Positions 23,843-37,809 of a stretch of DNA of 64,000 nucleotides are shown here, piece after piece. The notes below the pieces were generated by a model, which made no database searches, was not told the origin of the DNA, and saw only the letters and a list, made by a program, of their open reading frames with translations. Made by a program: the position numbers and the translations under genes. The stretch spans positions 70,866,001 through 70,930,000 of the forward strand of contig OZ024747.1 of the NCBI GenBank assembly GCA_964016885.1. Direction: 5' to 3'. Within the stretch, counting starts at the first letter, position 1. Every line of letters starts with the position of its first letter. Origin of the DNA: Eledone cirrhosa. Taxonomy: Eukaryota.

Positions 23843-23878
23843 TCTTCTGATGAAGGACTAGCGTCCGAAACGTTAAGA
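23843..23878 (+). ncRNA. Minimal hammerhead (family H)
   Basis: TCTT-CTGATGA-A-GGAC-tagc-GTCC-GAAACGT-T-AAGA; loopless palindromic stem III ACGT. Confidence 0.8.
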
Positions 23879-23963
23879 CCCTCTTCCTGCTATATCAAGC
23901 GTTAACCTAATATATACCTTCCGTATACTGTACCGATTGTGTTGTTATTTCTGTTTACCTTTT

Positions 23964-24013
<50 letters not shown>

Positions 24014-24104
24014 CGAGGGAAAAGTGGTAAGGAACCAGGTGGACCATAACGCACCAAAGTACTCAATACTTAGGGTAGTAGAGTGGGTAATAGGAGTAAG
24101 TAAG

Positions 24105-24199
24105 ACCCCGACGGCTGAGCTCAAGCCGTTTCGACGGCTAATTCTGTACTGAATGAAAAATCAGTTCTGGTATTTAAATAGCCGAACTTGTCAAGGGGC
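24105..24199 (-). ncRNA. Extended hammerhead with U3-A8 core in the Naiad pLTR (family G)
   Basis: GCCCC-TTGACAA-GTTCGGCTA..long insert..TAGCCGTC-GAA-ACGGCT-tgagctc-AGCCGT-C-GGGGT; 6-bp stem III, GUC triplet. Confidence 0.65.
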
Positions 24200-24519
24200 A
24201 ATTCCATATATGGTCAAAGAGATAATCACCAGGATTGGTCATCCCACAAGGTAGTAGTAATTCAGCGATGGCAAGTTGGTGGGGGAGGTAGCCAAACCTG
24301 CCAGTAGGAGAAAAGGGGAGAGGGGGAGGAGTAGACCCATTCATGCGTTGGTGGTGCCAGCTACAGCTGGGTGTGAGGTCAAAGAGGAAGCAGGGGAGGG
24401 GGAGGGGAGGAGGTCAATACGGTAAGTAGAACGATGAAAATGTAAAACTGTAAAAGGTACTGAGAGAGAAAAGAAATATAAGCAGAATCTGGTTACTAAG
24501 AAATAGGCTGAAGAAATAC

Positions 24520-24955
24520 ATAAATAAGTAAATAAGAAATACATAAATAATATTCCACATAAGTAAATAAGAAATACAAAAATAATATTCCACATAAGTA
24601 AATAAGAAATACATAAAGAATATTCCACATAAGTAAATAAGAAATACATGAATAATATTCCACATAAGTAAATAAGAAATACATAAGTAATATTCCACAT
24701 AAGTAAATAAGAAATACGTAAATAATATTCCACATAAGTAAATAAGAAATACATAAGTAATATTCCACATAAGTAAATAAGAAATACGTAAATAATATTC
24801 CACATAAGTAAATAAGAAATACATAAGTAATATTCCACATAAGTAAATAAGAAATACGTAAATAATATTCCACATAAGTAAATAAGAAATACATAAGTAA
24901 TATTCCACATAAGTAAATAAGAAATACGTAAATAATATTCCACAAGAAATACATA
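24520..24955. repeat. 35-bp minisatellite (~12 units) with a 70-bp higher-order dimer
   Basis: Unit A(A/G)TAATATTCCACATAAGTAAATAAGAAATAC(A/G)TA; the A-type variant recurs at 24651, 24721, 24791, 24861 and 24931. Confidence 0.95.
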
Positions 24956-25531
24956 AGTGAGTAAATAAACAAATAAGTGAGTAAAAGGATGGATAGATAG
25001 ATTTTAAAAAAAAATATATATATAATGTAGAATAAAGAGAATAAGAAAACAAATGATAATGATAGAAAAAAAAACCTAGGTGTGACGGAGATAAAGGGAC
25101 CCTTATGCGGGGTATAAGTGCGTGTATCGTACGGTGACGGGTCAACAGAGGGGGGGGTCGGAATACTACAGAGACCACCACGAAAAAAATAAATAAATAA
25201 CGGTTTCTACCCCAAACACCGGGCCAGCAACCACCCAGTGCAAGGAAGTAGACTAGTACGAGAATGTAATTCAGGGTCCCGCAAAAAAATACTGGTGCTA
25301 ACTCTAAGGGTACCGCCACGAAACAAAATGTCTTATACAAGCTACAAGAAAAGTCGTACGAATTAAAAATAAAGAACGGAAAATTAATACAGGAAGAAGG
25401 GAGAAAAGGGAAAAAGGGAAAAAGAAGAAAGAGATACTGGATCGATAAAAAAAAGTGTAAAGGAAGATCTTACGTCTCCATAGGCAAGCAGGGGTTACCC
25501 ATTACAAAATAGGCAAGTGGGGTGTTATAGG

Positions 25532-25999
25532 CTACCCCCCCCCCCCCCCCCCGGGGTCATTATGGGGTTTGAGGGCGAGGTAAGTCCTACGTAATCGGTG
25601 TTTACATGCAGTAACCAGTTCATCTTTCTTGTTAAGGAGTTGGTCCGTCGAAAACAGCATTTGTAATGTTTCCTCCGAGCATAAATTGCACGGACGGCGT
25701 CCTCCCGTGTAAGAGTTGGCTCTGGACAGTAATTTCCAAGTGAGATCATAGTTGATGTTGTTGTCCTTGAGGTCCCATATGTGGCCCGAAAGTGTGGTGG
25801 CGTGACGCCGGGCCGGGTTTCGGAAGGTATGTCTGTGTTGGTATAGCCGGGTCTTGAAGTCGCATGCGGTCAATCCTATATAAGCTTTGTTGGAGGTGTC
25901 CGTGCTCACGTTGCACTGGTAGATCACATTACGGTCTCTGCATCTGTTGTCGAGGGGGCAACTTGATCTATCAGGACAGTTGCACCTTGACAACAACAA
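25532..25999 (-). pseudogene. Penelope (Naiad-type) GIY-YIG endonuclease domain fragment
   Basis: CNCPDRSSCPLDNRC..NVIYQC..AYIGLT..FKTRLYQH..TLSGHIWDLK..CNLC..LNKKDE..CKH. Cut upstream by a SINE. Confidence 0.85.
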
Positions 26000-26156
26000 T
26001 TATCCCAGTGCATTACTGGTACTTTATTTTATCGACCCCGTAAGGATGAAAGGCAAAGTTAACCTCAGCAGGATTTGAACTCAGAATGGCAAGGGCCGTA
26101 ACTCTTTGCGTCAAAGCATGGTGTCAGACCCTCTACCGATACTGCCAATCCACCGG
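25997..26156 (-). mobile_element. SINE abutting the truncated Penelope ORF
   Basis: Match to the family body and head. Confidence 0.8.
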
Positions 26157-26496
26157 CTATATCAATAATAACAGCAAATAAAAACACAAATAAACGTTCA
26201 GCATGGACCTTTCCAGTAAAGTATATAGATACGTTGATGTATTATTGATATGAACTTTTAGCAGAACCTATCAAATAGTTTACTCTAATGCCATTGACGT
26301 CAATCTATTTTTGAAACTAAAATGGAGATCGACAATATAAATCGAGAGAACTCATCTTGAAACAAAACAATCTTGTCACATTGATAAAAGCCTATTAAAT
26401 GTTCTCGGTACATGGTGAAGAAGGATCATCAAACGTGCAATTACCCCCCTCTCCTCCTCTCTCACCTCCTCCTCCTTCCATATCCCTCCTCCTCCA

Positions 26497-26683
26497 CCTT
26501 CTTCTTCTTCTTCTTCTTCTTCTTCTTCTTCTTCTTCTTCTTCTTCTTCTTCTTCTTCTTCTTCTTCTTCTTCTTCTTCTTCTTCTTCTTCTTCTTCTCA
26601 CTAAGCTCCTCCTGTTTCCCCTCCCACTCTCCCGTCTCATCATCATCTTCATCATCTTCATCCATTCCCCCTCATCCTCCTCT

Positions 26684-26733
<50 letters not shown>
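26497..26733. repeat. (CTT)n and (TAC)n microsatellites
   Basis: Direct reading. Confidence 0.95.
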
Positions 26734-26734
<1 letters not shown>

Positions 26735-26996
26735 AGCCATTAAGTAGAAATGGTAACTAACCTTGCAAACTCTTCCTATCATTGAGCCGCATCTGTAGTT
26801 TCCGAACAGTGCCGGAAACAACAGATGCGGCTCAACAAACAGATCAACACGTGGGCTTTTGCTGTTCAAAATATCAACCAAACTTCCATAGTCAGGCAAT
26901 TGACGTCACCATAGAAGCCTCCAAGAGGAACTCTTGTAATTTAATCACCAAAGAGGCATTATTATTAGCAGGTGGATTAGCAGACATTATTATTTG

Positions 26997-27177
26997 CCGG
27001 TGGATATCAGAAACGGTAGAGCTTTGTAGCATAGAGTTACGGCCCTTTACGTTCTGAGTTCAAATCCCGCGGAGGTTAACTTTACCTTTGATTTTTACGG
27101 GGGTCGATAAAATAAAGCACCAGCAATACACTGGTGCAATTGCTGGTCTTGCGCCAAATGTAGAAACAATCATTATT
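26997..27177 (+). mobile_element. SINE, same family, more diverged
   Basis: CTGAGTTCAAATCCCGCGGAGGTTAAC...GGGGTCGATAAAATAAAG. Confidence 0.75.
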
Positions 27178-27646
27178 AGCAGCTATAAGCCTATTGTAAC
27201 TAACAAATCTAAATTAAATGGACCATCTGACTATTGTGACCACACTAGTCTACGCATGCCACCTTTCCACCGACTGAAGTCCACTTCCATCCAGTCACAA
27301 AACAAATTTCTCCTCATTTACTCAACCTGTTCTAACCTCAAATCAGTAAATGTAAAGTAAAACGTTATTATTATTTTTTCTTTTTTTCTTTGTCCGTCTA
27401 ACTTTACTCTAGTTCCACCATCGTATTTCTTTTTCATTAAACATTTTTAGCTGCATCTCACAAAGCCTCATTTAATATATATATATATATTCATATATAT
27501 ATTTGATATATCTCATATGAAATGATACAGCCAATTATCCACACAATACAATTAGTTAGCACCCCGAACGTTTAATTAGGGATATACTCAGGTATTGTTG
27601 AGTGAGTTGGGATTTGGCCGGAGTATCGCTATTAGCTTTCTCCGAT

Positions 27647-27647
<1 letters not shown>

Positions 27648-27726
<79 letters not shown>

Positions 27727-27840
27727 TATATAAATATATATATATATATGAATATATATATATATATGAATATATATATATATGAATATATAAATATATA
27801 TATATATATGAATATATATATATATGAATATATATATATA

Positions 27841-27890
<50 letters not shown>

Positions 27891-27924
27891 TATATATATA
27901 TACATATACATATATATATATGAA

Positions 27925-27961
<37 letters not shown>

Positions 27962-27963
27962 GA

Positions 27964-28000
<37 letters not shown>

Positions 28001-28012
28001 ATATATATATTG

Positions 28013-28049
<37 letters not shown>

Positions 28050-28100
28050 CATATATGTATGTATTTGTACAAACATATATATACATGTATACACACACGT
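27648..28100. repeat. Long interrupted (TA)n tract, representative of dozens of (TA)n/(CA)n/(GA)n tracts in the window
   Basis: Direct reading. Confidence 0.95.
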
Positions 28101-29987
28101 CTGTGCTTGTATGAATGTGTGCATGCGTGTTTGGGTATTTATATGCACGCATGCATAGATACATGCATGTACTTAATTATTCTTGTGTACCTTTAAATGT
28201 CTTTCATGCTGCTACTAGATAATCCGTCACAAAATGGAATTCAATAATCGCTTTTGTAACCCTTTTAGTATTATTGTACCACCTTATTGTTATTCAACCT
28301 AGCCCTGGAGGTTATGCCTCATTTCCATTTTGCAGGCATTGCTAATTAAAGGTTGTTTCTGTCTTAACTTTCGCAAACATATTCGAATTCCAGTTAGTTG
28401 TGCTTATTTAACATTCAGAGTTGCACAAAACTTCCCCAAATGGAATTGGTTGGTTCAGTGGCCAGAACAGTCAGTTATCGTTGGATTCTGATTGAAGATG
28501 TTATATCGGATGTAGTTTTCGCAGTGAAAATGATACAACACCGACAAATTCTGGGCGTTCGGTGTTTGGACGATGAGCAATCGGCTTCAGAGCATGACAC
28601 TCAATGATATGCTCTATCGACTGGGACGGATTCTGATCAGCCAGCTAGTCAGTTGAAAAGAGAGGATACAGAAATTGCTAAGGCATAACATAGCTTGTAG
28701 CCAGGACTGCTATCGATCCTCTTTTCAATGATAATGTCTTTTGTGTGTTTTGTTTACAGACATGTAGCCAGAACGTTAATTTTCTCCTTAGCATTTCAAA
28801 TGATAAATACATACTGCTACAAGTGTGGATGTCTACTTCTGTCTTCTACTAAAATAATATCTGCTAATTCTATCATTAAATATCATCTCAGCTATTAAGA
28901 AATAGCTATTTTCACAAAATACAGTACTGAATATTGGAAAGGCTGTTTGCATGATTAAGCGGTATTTTCATTATTCTTTACTTTTTGGCTTAGTTAAAGG
29001 AGGATGATAACATTCCTGACATGTTTAAGGTCCAACGATACTAGTGCGAGGATGGGCAGAATTTATCTTCAGACGAGACACCTACACAGAATGATTGCAG
29101 CTTAATGAACTCTGTTAAAGGCACCGAAACTCAGATAGTGGTGTTAAACCGAATAACGTATCAAGTCTAAACATACATAACAAATACAATTCTTGCAAAA
29201 GTCTTCCGAAATAGTTTCCGTCTACCAAAGTAGGGTTTAGTCCACCCCCACCCGAGTAAATTGGTGAAAAGACAATGTAGTGTGTAGTGGAAAGTACCAA
29301 GTTGCGAAATGAACGTGTTTACCTCACAGCTATATATGCGCCCCCAAAGAATATTACTCTCATATGTCTTTGGGTGTCATAAAAATAAAGTTTCATAACT
29401 CAACTATATATCTTGTTATTGTCAGGTCTCTCTAGTAGAGCTCATTTGTCGTCAAGAGTTACCTAGGAGAATATTTCATCTCCATTCTACAATGTATAGT
29501 GATGTGGGTCTTACTGAGAGCGGTAGATTTACATGTACTATATTTAGTAACTATTCACTGTTTAGTAACTATTCATTATTTAGTAACTATCCACTATGTA
29601 GTATCCAAATAGCATGCGCACAATGCAACGACGGAAACATAATTTGAACCGTAAGTTGTTCTGTTCGTAGAGTGACATTTTACATGATACGGCTGTGTAA
29701 GGGAAATGTGAAGTTATTTCCATCAACGAGGTACTATATCCTTCTTTGTTATCATAAGATAAATATTCAATATCAGCACTGCTTTGGTGTTTAAGGAATT
29801 ATTCCTACATTCAATTGAAAAGATTAAAGTAAATAATATGGATTGCAACTTTGGGATTATCATTAAAGCTGTTTAAGTGTCTCAATGAATACGCTGTTAC
29901 TGGCACATATTTCTAAACTCAAACATATTTCTTATAAGGAATAACAGCAACTCATAATATTATATTAATTTCAAATAAGTTGTACAG

Positions 29988-30064
<77 letters not shown>

Positions 30065-30154
30065 GTGTCTATATATATATATATATACATATATATAATA
30101 TATAATATACATATATATAATATATATATTTATGTATATGTATATATACATATA

Positions 30155-30212
<58 letters not shown>

Positions 30213-30817
30213 TGTATGTGTGTGTGTGTACATACATACATCGAGATACATATGTAAGTACAAATAATCACACGTACTTACATACATATCGATAAGAGTG
30301 TAGGTGTGTGTTCGTATGTGTTCCTGTGTGTGCGTGTATTTGTACGTGAATGTGTTCGAGTATAAAATCTATACATTAGAATAATTCCAATCACCATATA
30401 TTACGCCAGGGTGAAGAAGTGTATAAGCTGTTTCCTTGAAGATATGTCCTAAAACATAATGTATAGATTATGTTATTTCTTGAAGTAAAAGCATTAGTCT
30501 GAAATGGAATGTTGATACGTAAACAATTCTTGACTAATTGAATCTTAACATCTTATGGTATGACATATATTTCATTAAACTGGCTATACTCATTGCAGGA
30601 ACTTAGAAGTGATTTTATTGAAACATTTGTTTTATTCATTAGAGTTTCTGATATATAGAGAATGTTCCTTTGTTTAACGACCTTCTAGCTAATGTAGAGT
30701 ACACAAATCGGTGTTGGCCAGTTTCTATTGGAAAGTTTGTGGAATGATGTAAATTTGTAAACGTAATATTTATATTATCAATCCTCTTTTCCGATTGAAG
30801 TTTGATTACACACACGT

Positions 30818-30944
<127 letters not shown>

Positions 30945-31536
30945 AACACACCCAGATACACACACACACACATACACACACACACAGGAACACACACACG
31001 TGTACACACACACACATACGTGCACACACACACGAACACACACACACACACATACACACTCATATATATATATATATATAATACATCTGTATACATATGT
31101 TGGTAGATATACTAATTCTCTATATTTATCTCCAAATTATTTGTTGAGTAAAACTTGCCGAAATTTACTGCTGTGATTCATGGTAGTAGTAGGCTCTTGT
31201 CATAATACCACCCCACTCCTCACTGATTAATATCAGTGTCACATGATTGATTCTTTAGAATCTGGCACCTACCAAGGAGGCAGTGAATTTTTTTCAGTGC
31301 TTTGGAATTTAGTCCCCGCTAGCTTTATTCCATCCACTGAATTATTATTTTCATATGGGTTCCTAGTGTCCGCGCATTGCCTGGGAACTTAGCTGAGAAT
31401 AGACTCCCTGATGACGTAAGGAAATCTCTATAGTTATGTTACGTAACTATATTTATCCCCTTACAGAAACTAATTAGTTGGAGTGAAAATTTTAGTAAGT
31501 TAATTTTTAATTTTAAAAATTTTCTTATTTTACATC

Positions 31537-31617
<81 letters not shown>

Positions 31618-31652
31618 TCCCGGGTTCAACCATAGTAAGTGAAGTACTCAAT

Positions 31653-31708
31653 ATGGCTTTCCTGATGATTACTTTCGAATGAAACAGTTCTAATCATGTA
31701 GAAGCCAT
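31653..31708 (+). ncRNA. Type-I hammerhead (family F)
   Basis: ATGGCTTTC-CTGATGA-ttactttcgaat-GAAACA-gttctaatca-TGTA-GAAGCCAT. A related copy at 11460-11507 (-) has a 4-bp stem III ACAG/CTGT. Confidence 0.65.
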
Positions 31709-31709
31709 T

Positions 31710-31749
<40 letters not shown>

Positions 31750-32098
31750 GATACCTGTATACATCAACGTTTGGATAGGCTGCTACTAATTTCACTTTTG
31801 GAACAGAGCACTTAGAATTGTTTTCAGCACCCTTATCTCAGTTTCATGACACCCAACTACACATAATTGTAAAAACTGAAAATGTCACCTATAGCATCCT
31901 AGGGTTTAGAGAGCCAATGTTTGGTCAGACATTTTGATATGATACTAGCTAGCGTATATCCCACGATTTATCTCGAGTACCTTTTTCAAAGCAATTTGAA
32001 CTCACTCTCATAAGTGGTTTGATTAACACTCATATGCATTTTCAATAACAAATATTTCAACGATAGTTTATTCTTTTAAATAATTCAATGAACACAGC

Positions 32099-33106
32099 CT
32101 ATAGGAATGAGATCGATTGAAAGGTACAGGTAAAGTATATCATTATTACAGGGCGGTGAATTGGCAGCATCGGTAGAGGGTTGGACGCCATGCTTTCTAG
32201 CATCGTTACGTCCCTTTACGGTCTGAGTTCAAATCCCGTCAAGGTTAACTTTGCCTTTCATCCTTACGGGGTCGATAACATAAAGTACCAGTAATGTACT
32301 GGGTAATTGATGGCCTTGTGCCAAAAGTAGAAACAATTATTACATGGTTTAATTTATCACAATGCTTTCGACAAGTTTAATTAAGTAGTCCAGTGTGAAA
32401 ACTTAAAATGCTTTCTTACACCTAACTGGATAGCCTCATAAACAGTTTATTTCTTATATACGTGAGATTTAATTTATGAAGTGGAGTGAATGAATGTAAA
32501 TGTAATTGTCATTAGTTTTTAATCAGAAGTAACAATATTAGGATATGAAACTCTTGGTTATATTTATATCTTCATCAAATGTTATTTCCTACTCACTGCT
32601 TAAATTTCTAAAGTAATAGATTAAATCATTCATGATTGTTTAATAGGTCAAATAAACATGAAGTTCTATTACAATAAGATTCGAAAGAAATATATTCTCA
32701 GATGTATTCTAAATGGAATGTAAATAACAGTGAACCATATACTGTTACTAGTTCCTCATATAGCAAAAACGTTAACGAATTAAGAATACCTCCGCATTTG
32801 TTTCGGCTTACTGAGTTCTGATTACAAATACTACCGAGATGAACTTTGCTTTCCATTCTTTTGAGGTCGATAAATAAAGTGAGTCCATTAAGATTCCCGA
32901 GATACGCCCTTACAACTCCGGACCATCTACATTATCATTTAGCAAAAGGTATATCTGAAGGCTTCTATAGGAATGAGATCGCAAGAAAGGTATTTGAAAT
33001 GTAAAATCATTATTACAAGGTTGAATTTATCACAATGCTTTCGACAAGTTTAATTAAGTAGTCCAGTGTGAAAACTTAAAATGCTTTCTTACACCTAACT
33101 GGATAG
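32099..33106 (+). repeat. Local direct duplication (~140 bp) with the SINE present in only one copy
   Basis: 32099-32432 (filled) versus 32965-33106 (empty). Confidence 0.9.
32151..32340 (+). mobile_element. tRNA-type SINE (resembles cephalopod SINEs), with 9-bp TSD ATTATTACA
   Basis: A-box-like TGGCAGCATCGGT, B-box GAGTTCAAATCCC, shared body GCCTTTCATCCTTACGGGGTCGATA; TSD at 32142-32150 and 32336-32344. Confidence 0.85.
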
Positions 33107-35375
33107 AATTATACCAACTGTTCTTTAAAAGAACTATAAAATTCATAATACTTAAGATATATCGGGCTATTTAACAGCAAGTAAGTAGATGAAATAAAGT
33201 TGTATCATCAGTGCACATTGGCGAATACCAGCTGTCGATAACATGTTGCTTTAATTGACTTCAATCTGCCTTACAAAATGATATATAGTTGTAGAATAGA
33301 ATTTAGGGCTGTATGGATGTAAATGGAAGATGGCATTCTATCTAGATTAAGGGGAGTTTTTAAAATTACTTGTGTTTCGTAATCTTATTTGGTAATATGT
33401 CATTTGGGAGAAATGATCATTGTCACAGTAATTATTAGAATAATAGAGATAAAAGACTTAACATTTAAAAATGTTCAGTTTAACTAAATTGTTTTATATA
33501 CTTCATTGATAAAGTCATCCATTATAGTTATTTGTTTTCCAGTGAAGTCGAATAAAAGATGTACAGTTCCCTTTATTATTTTCCTCATCTATATAATGCG
33601 GCAAATCAGTTAAAGAGCATTGCTTCTACTATTTCTGGAACTATAGAAACTGTATCGTCATCAATATAATTGTTATCACTAGCAATAACAGCAGTGGATA
33701 CTGTGTATGCAGCATAGAATGGAATGGATCACCTTCGATTTCGACGATCAGTGTTCCAGTTCTTCGATAAGTGGAACATTCTTCTCGTGTATTTAATCTG
33801 AGTGTGCTACATACACTCAGATGATTCAGTGTGATACAGAAACAAAGCTGGATTTTGAATTCAAAGTATAATCTATCCGATGAGCTTCGAAACAGTGTCC
33901 AACAAATTAGTTTCACTCACAAGGTATGAGTCACCTCGAAAATATAATGAATAACACTGAAATGTCATGTAGTGGGACCGAAACCTTGTTCTAATGATCC
34001 TGAGGCGAAAGTTTTAACCATTTGGCCATGGTACATCAACTCGGTAGACAATGTTTTCTCTTTTCTTCCGTTTAGAATTTCATCTAGTGGTTTATTTTCA
34101 GCTGTCACTTCTTACCTGACCCCCAAAGAGCCTTTAATTCCTGGTGTTGTTCCCCCACTAACCTAACTGTGCATACAAAATATATATAAAGGGAACAACA
34201 ATTATACTATTCTCATTTTACCTGACATTATGCCAAGTTTTGTAGATCGCGGATTATAGTCAATTGATTGGATTCCTGTTTCTTTCTTCCTGGTTAATTA
34301 TTTATAGACTCAGAAAAACAACGTAAAGCCGACTTCGGTAAAGTTTGAACTTAGTTCGAAAATGCACCGAACTAATCAAAGAAAATCACTAAATCTCATC
34401 GGTCATCCACACATACCTCTCTCTCTCTCTCTCTATCTCTATCTCTATCTCTCCAATAGTGAGACAGCAGTATGCTTCTCTATCTTTGTTATACTCTACG
34501 AATATTGCCACTGAGGTGACAATGCTTTGATTGCTGGTGAATTGTTTGGTAGATATGTTTATGGGTTTTTATTCGGTTTGTGTATGTCGTTTCAATTTGT
34601 GAGTGTACGGGAGCATGTGTGTTGGCTTGGTTTATGAGGATGAGTTCGTTTAATTTGAGCATGTGTCGTTTGTTGTAAGTATTTATGAGTATTAGCTAGT
34701 TATTATTTTTTTCTTGTATTGTGTATATGTGTGTATTAAGTTTGCTGAGTGTATATAACTGCTGATGCGCTTTATGTCACCTGTCTGATAATGTTCGATT
34801 GGTGGCTAGCTATTCTAATGGAGCATCGGCTTTCTAGGGGGACTCTTGTATTATTGAGGTCATGCCAGACTTGATACGAGTTTCCTTCTGACCGGTTTGT
34901 TTCAACCATGGCATTTGTTCTAAATGTATTGAATGTTGCATTGATTTGTTTATGGAGAGCATCTGTCGATCGTTCAATCGGACTTGTTTGTATATGATTT
35001 TTCTACATGGCTCTCCACGTCCCATTGTCCTTGCCCCAGCATACGCATTCATTAAAAACAATTATTTCTAGCCACAACCACCCAGCTACAAACTGTATAT
35101 ATAATAATGTAATTATCTTAAATATCTCAGTTATTCTCACAACACGAAATATCAACAGAACTTCTTCAACCCTTAATTTTACTTTTAAATTTTGATTTAA
35201 GTCTCATATTTTATAAGATAAATTACATCGAAATCGGTAAAATTTTATATATTTTATAAAAACCCTTTTTATTTTTCAAAACAAATGTTTTCTCTTTTTC
35301 TCAAAATTAACACTTTGTTGGATAAAAGAAGAAAAAATAGTTCTTTAAATGTGCTTCGATGCTATTTCCATTGTT

Positions 35376-35462
<87 letters not shown>

Positions 35463-35954
35463 TTAACTTCAAGAACTATGCCTGTAAATAACATTATTTT
35501 TTCTTTTACATTGACTTTTTATGCTCTACATTACGCCTCTTTTTTTCTTTTTTCTTTTTTCTTTTTTCTTTTTTCTTTTTTCTTTTTTCTTTTTTCTTTT
35601 TTCTTTTTTCTTTTTTCTTTTCACTTCATAAACCTTGTTTGTTAATAACATTATTCTTTCTGCACCATTTCTTTAACATGTGCAACACCACCATTCTACA
35701 CCAATACATATCACTATCATTTGATAATGCAAAAAAAAAGGGTGAAACCGGTAATAGACAATTATTAAATATATAAATAGATAAAAAAATGCCATTATTA
35801 ATTAATAAATAAATCAACTAATACCTTAACACTTCACACAAAGTAAAACATTTCATTTTAATCATTTTCTAACCCAGAAAAAAGAGAGAGAGAAATAAAA
35901 AAGGAAAAAAATATATTTCTCTTCCTAATAATCGTCTATTTTATATATATACAA

Positions 35955-36032
<78 letters not shown>

Positions 36033-36257
36033 CAATTCATATATATATATATATAGTATTAAGGATACTATTTATGGTTATGTATATACTAAAACCTTTT
36101 ATAGTTATATATATTTTAAACCCTAAACAGTGAAAGACAGTAATTTATTACTACCTTATTACCAGTAACATAAATAGCTCAATGTAATAACATCAGTTCT
36201 TCTACAGAGCAGTTATATAAAAATTACATGAATCAAAGTTCTGTTCAAATCATTTAT

Positions 36258-36306
36258 TCGCTTACAATTGTTTCTTCCAAACCGAGGTTTGGTGTCTTCG
36301 GAGCAA
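36258..36306 (-). ncRNA. Hammerhead-like motif with U4C core (family I), left arm
   Basis: Inverted copy of 36513-36561. Confidence 0.6.
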
Positions 36307-36512
36307 TTTTTTCAATGATTGTTTATTTACATGACCTCCTTTTAAACACAAGAGACATACAGAAACATATGTATATATTGATGCACAGTGGGTTGACATC
36401 CATTATAATATTACAATGGATGTCAACCCACTGTGCATCAATATATACATATGTTTCTGTATGTCTCTTGTGTTGAAAAGGAGGTCATGTATGTAAACAA
36501 TCATTGAAAAAA

Positions 36513-36561
36513 TTGCTCCGAAGACACCAAACCTCGGTTTGGAAGAAACAATTGTAAGCGA
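36513..36561 (+). ncRNA. Hammerhead-like motif with U4C core (family I), right arm
   Basis: TTGCT-CCGAAGA-ca-CCAAACC-tc-GGTTTGG-aa-GAAAC-AATT-GTA-AGCGA. Confidence 0.6.
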
Positions 36562-36594
36562 ATAAATGATTTGAACAGAACTTTGATTCATGTA

Positions 36595-36729
<135 letters not shown>

Positions 36730-37179
36730 GAAGAAAGAGAATAAGTCATAGTGGGTTAAGAGTATTGTTAACGCATACAAGGAAAAGACTTTGGCAGAAC
36801 ACAAACTGATGACGTTTCAGCCGTTGAATCTACATGTGAATGAATGACTTGCTAGGCTACTGCATCTACTATTTATCAAAAGTACCAGCAATATACTTAA
36901 ACCAAATCAATGATGCCTTTACAAAGTTTGTCGTTTTACTAAAGAAAGTGACCAATATAAACAAGAGGAATTAAATTACGAAGGAGGTTTAAATGATAAT
37001 ACGTGTATGGACGTTGCATTGAGATAATGTCAAACTGCTGAAAATCACATTATCAAGAAGGCCACAAACTATTTGGACACTAGATATACAACCTCCAAAA
37101 TTTAATCAATAGATGTCAGATCTTAGAATATAAACATATATATAAATACTACCATATTTATGGGACACACACACACTCA

Positions 37180-37231
<52 letters not shown>

Positions 37232-37809
37232 TGTGTGTTTGTATGTGTGGTCTGTGTGCTTCTGTGTGTACATTTGTGTAATTCAGCAGTATAATTATTT
37301 CCATTGTCCGCCGAGGAAATTGGAGCAATCAATAAGCAGACGTAAAGAAAAAATGGAATAAATAAATGAAATAACTCGATAAATAAAACGTAAACATTCA
37401 TGGTGTTTTGCTATCAATATTTACCTATATATTCATAAATAATTTATTACATTTATACACAACTGGGAATAAAATAAAAAGAAAATTGTTAGTCATTGAA
37501 TATCTCTGAAAACAGTATGTACTAAAGACGTCTTCTTTTGCATTTCATTTGCATATAAGCGGATTTTTTCGAGAACAAGAAAGATACTCAAGACATATAT
37601 ACTGCTTCAATCGAAATGCTTTATAGAAGCATAAGAAATAATACGCACGTATACACACACATACATACATACATACATACATACATACATACATACATAC
37701 ATACATACATACATACATACATACATACATACATACAAGATGACTGCCCCTCCTTATCGAGTATGGCCATTGCACGATAAAACACACACACATATATATA
37801 TTAATAATT

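Larger units (their letters stand above)
24012..25999 (-). mobile_element. 5'-truncated Naiad-like Penelope element: GIY-YIG fragment, long 3' UTR and pLTR with hammerhead
   Basis: Minus-strand GIY-YIG ORF at 25532-25999; 3' region ends in pLTR sequence shared with 19654-19831 and 61851-62040; abuts (TA)n. Confidence 0.8.

Noticed and set aside
24520-24955. CRISPR-like regular repeat
   Set aside because: No unique spacers, eukaryotic context and no cas genes.
24341-25340. 200-308-aa hydrophobic repeat ORFs
   Set aside because: All three minus-strand frames are open across a 35-bp minisatellite; artefact.
31400-31440. CTGATGA..GAAA motif (also at ~33878 and ~56175)
   Set aside because: No credible stem I or stem II pairing; likely chance matches.
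32151-32240. tRNA genes
   Set aside because: The A/B-box sequences belong to SINE heads and do not form a cloverleaf.
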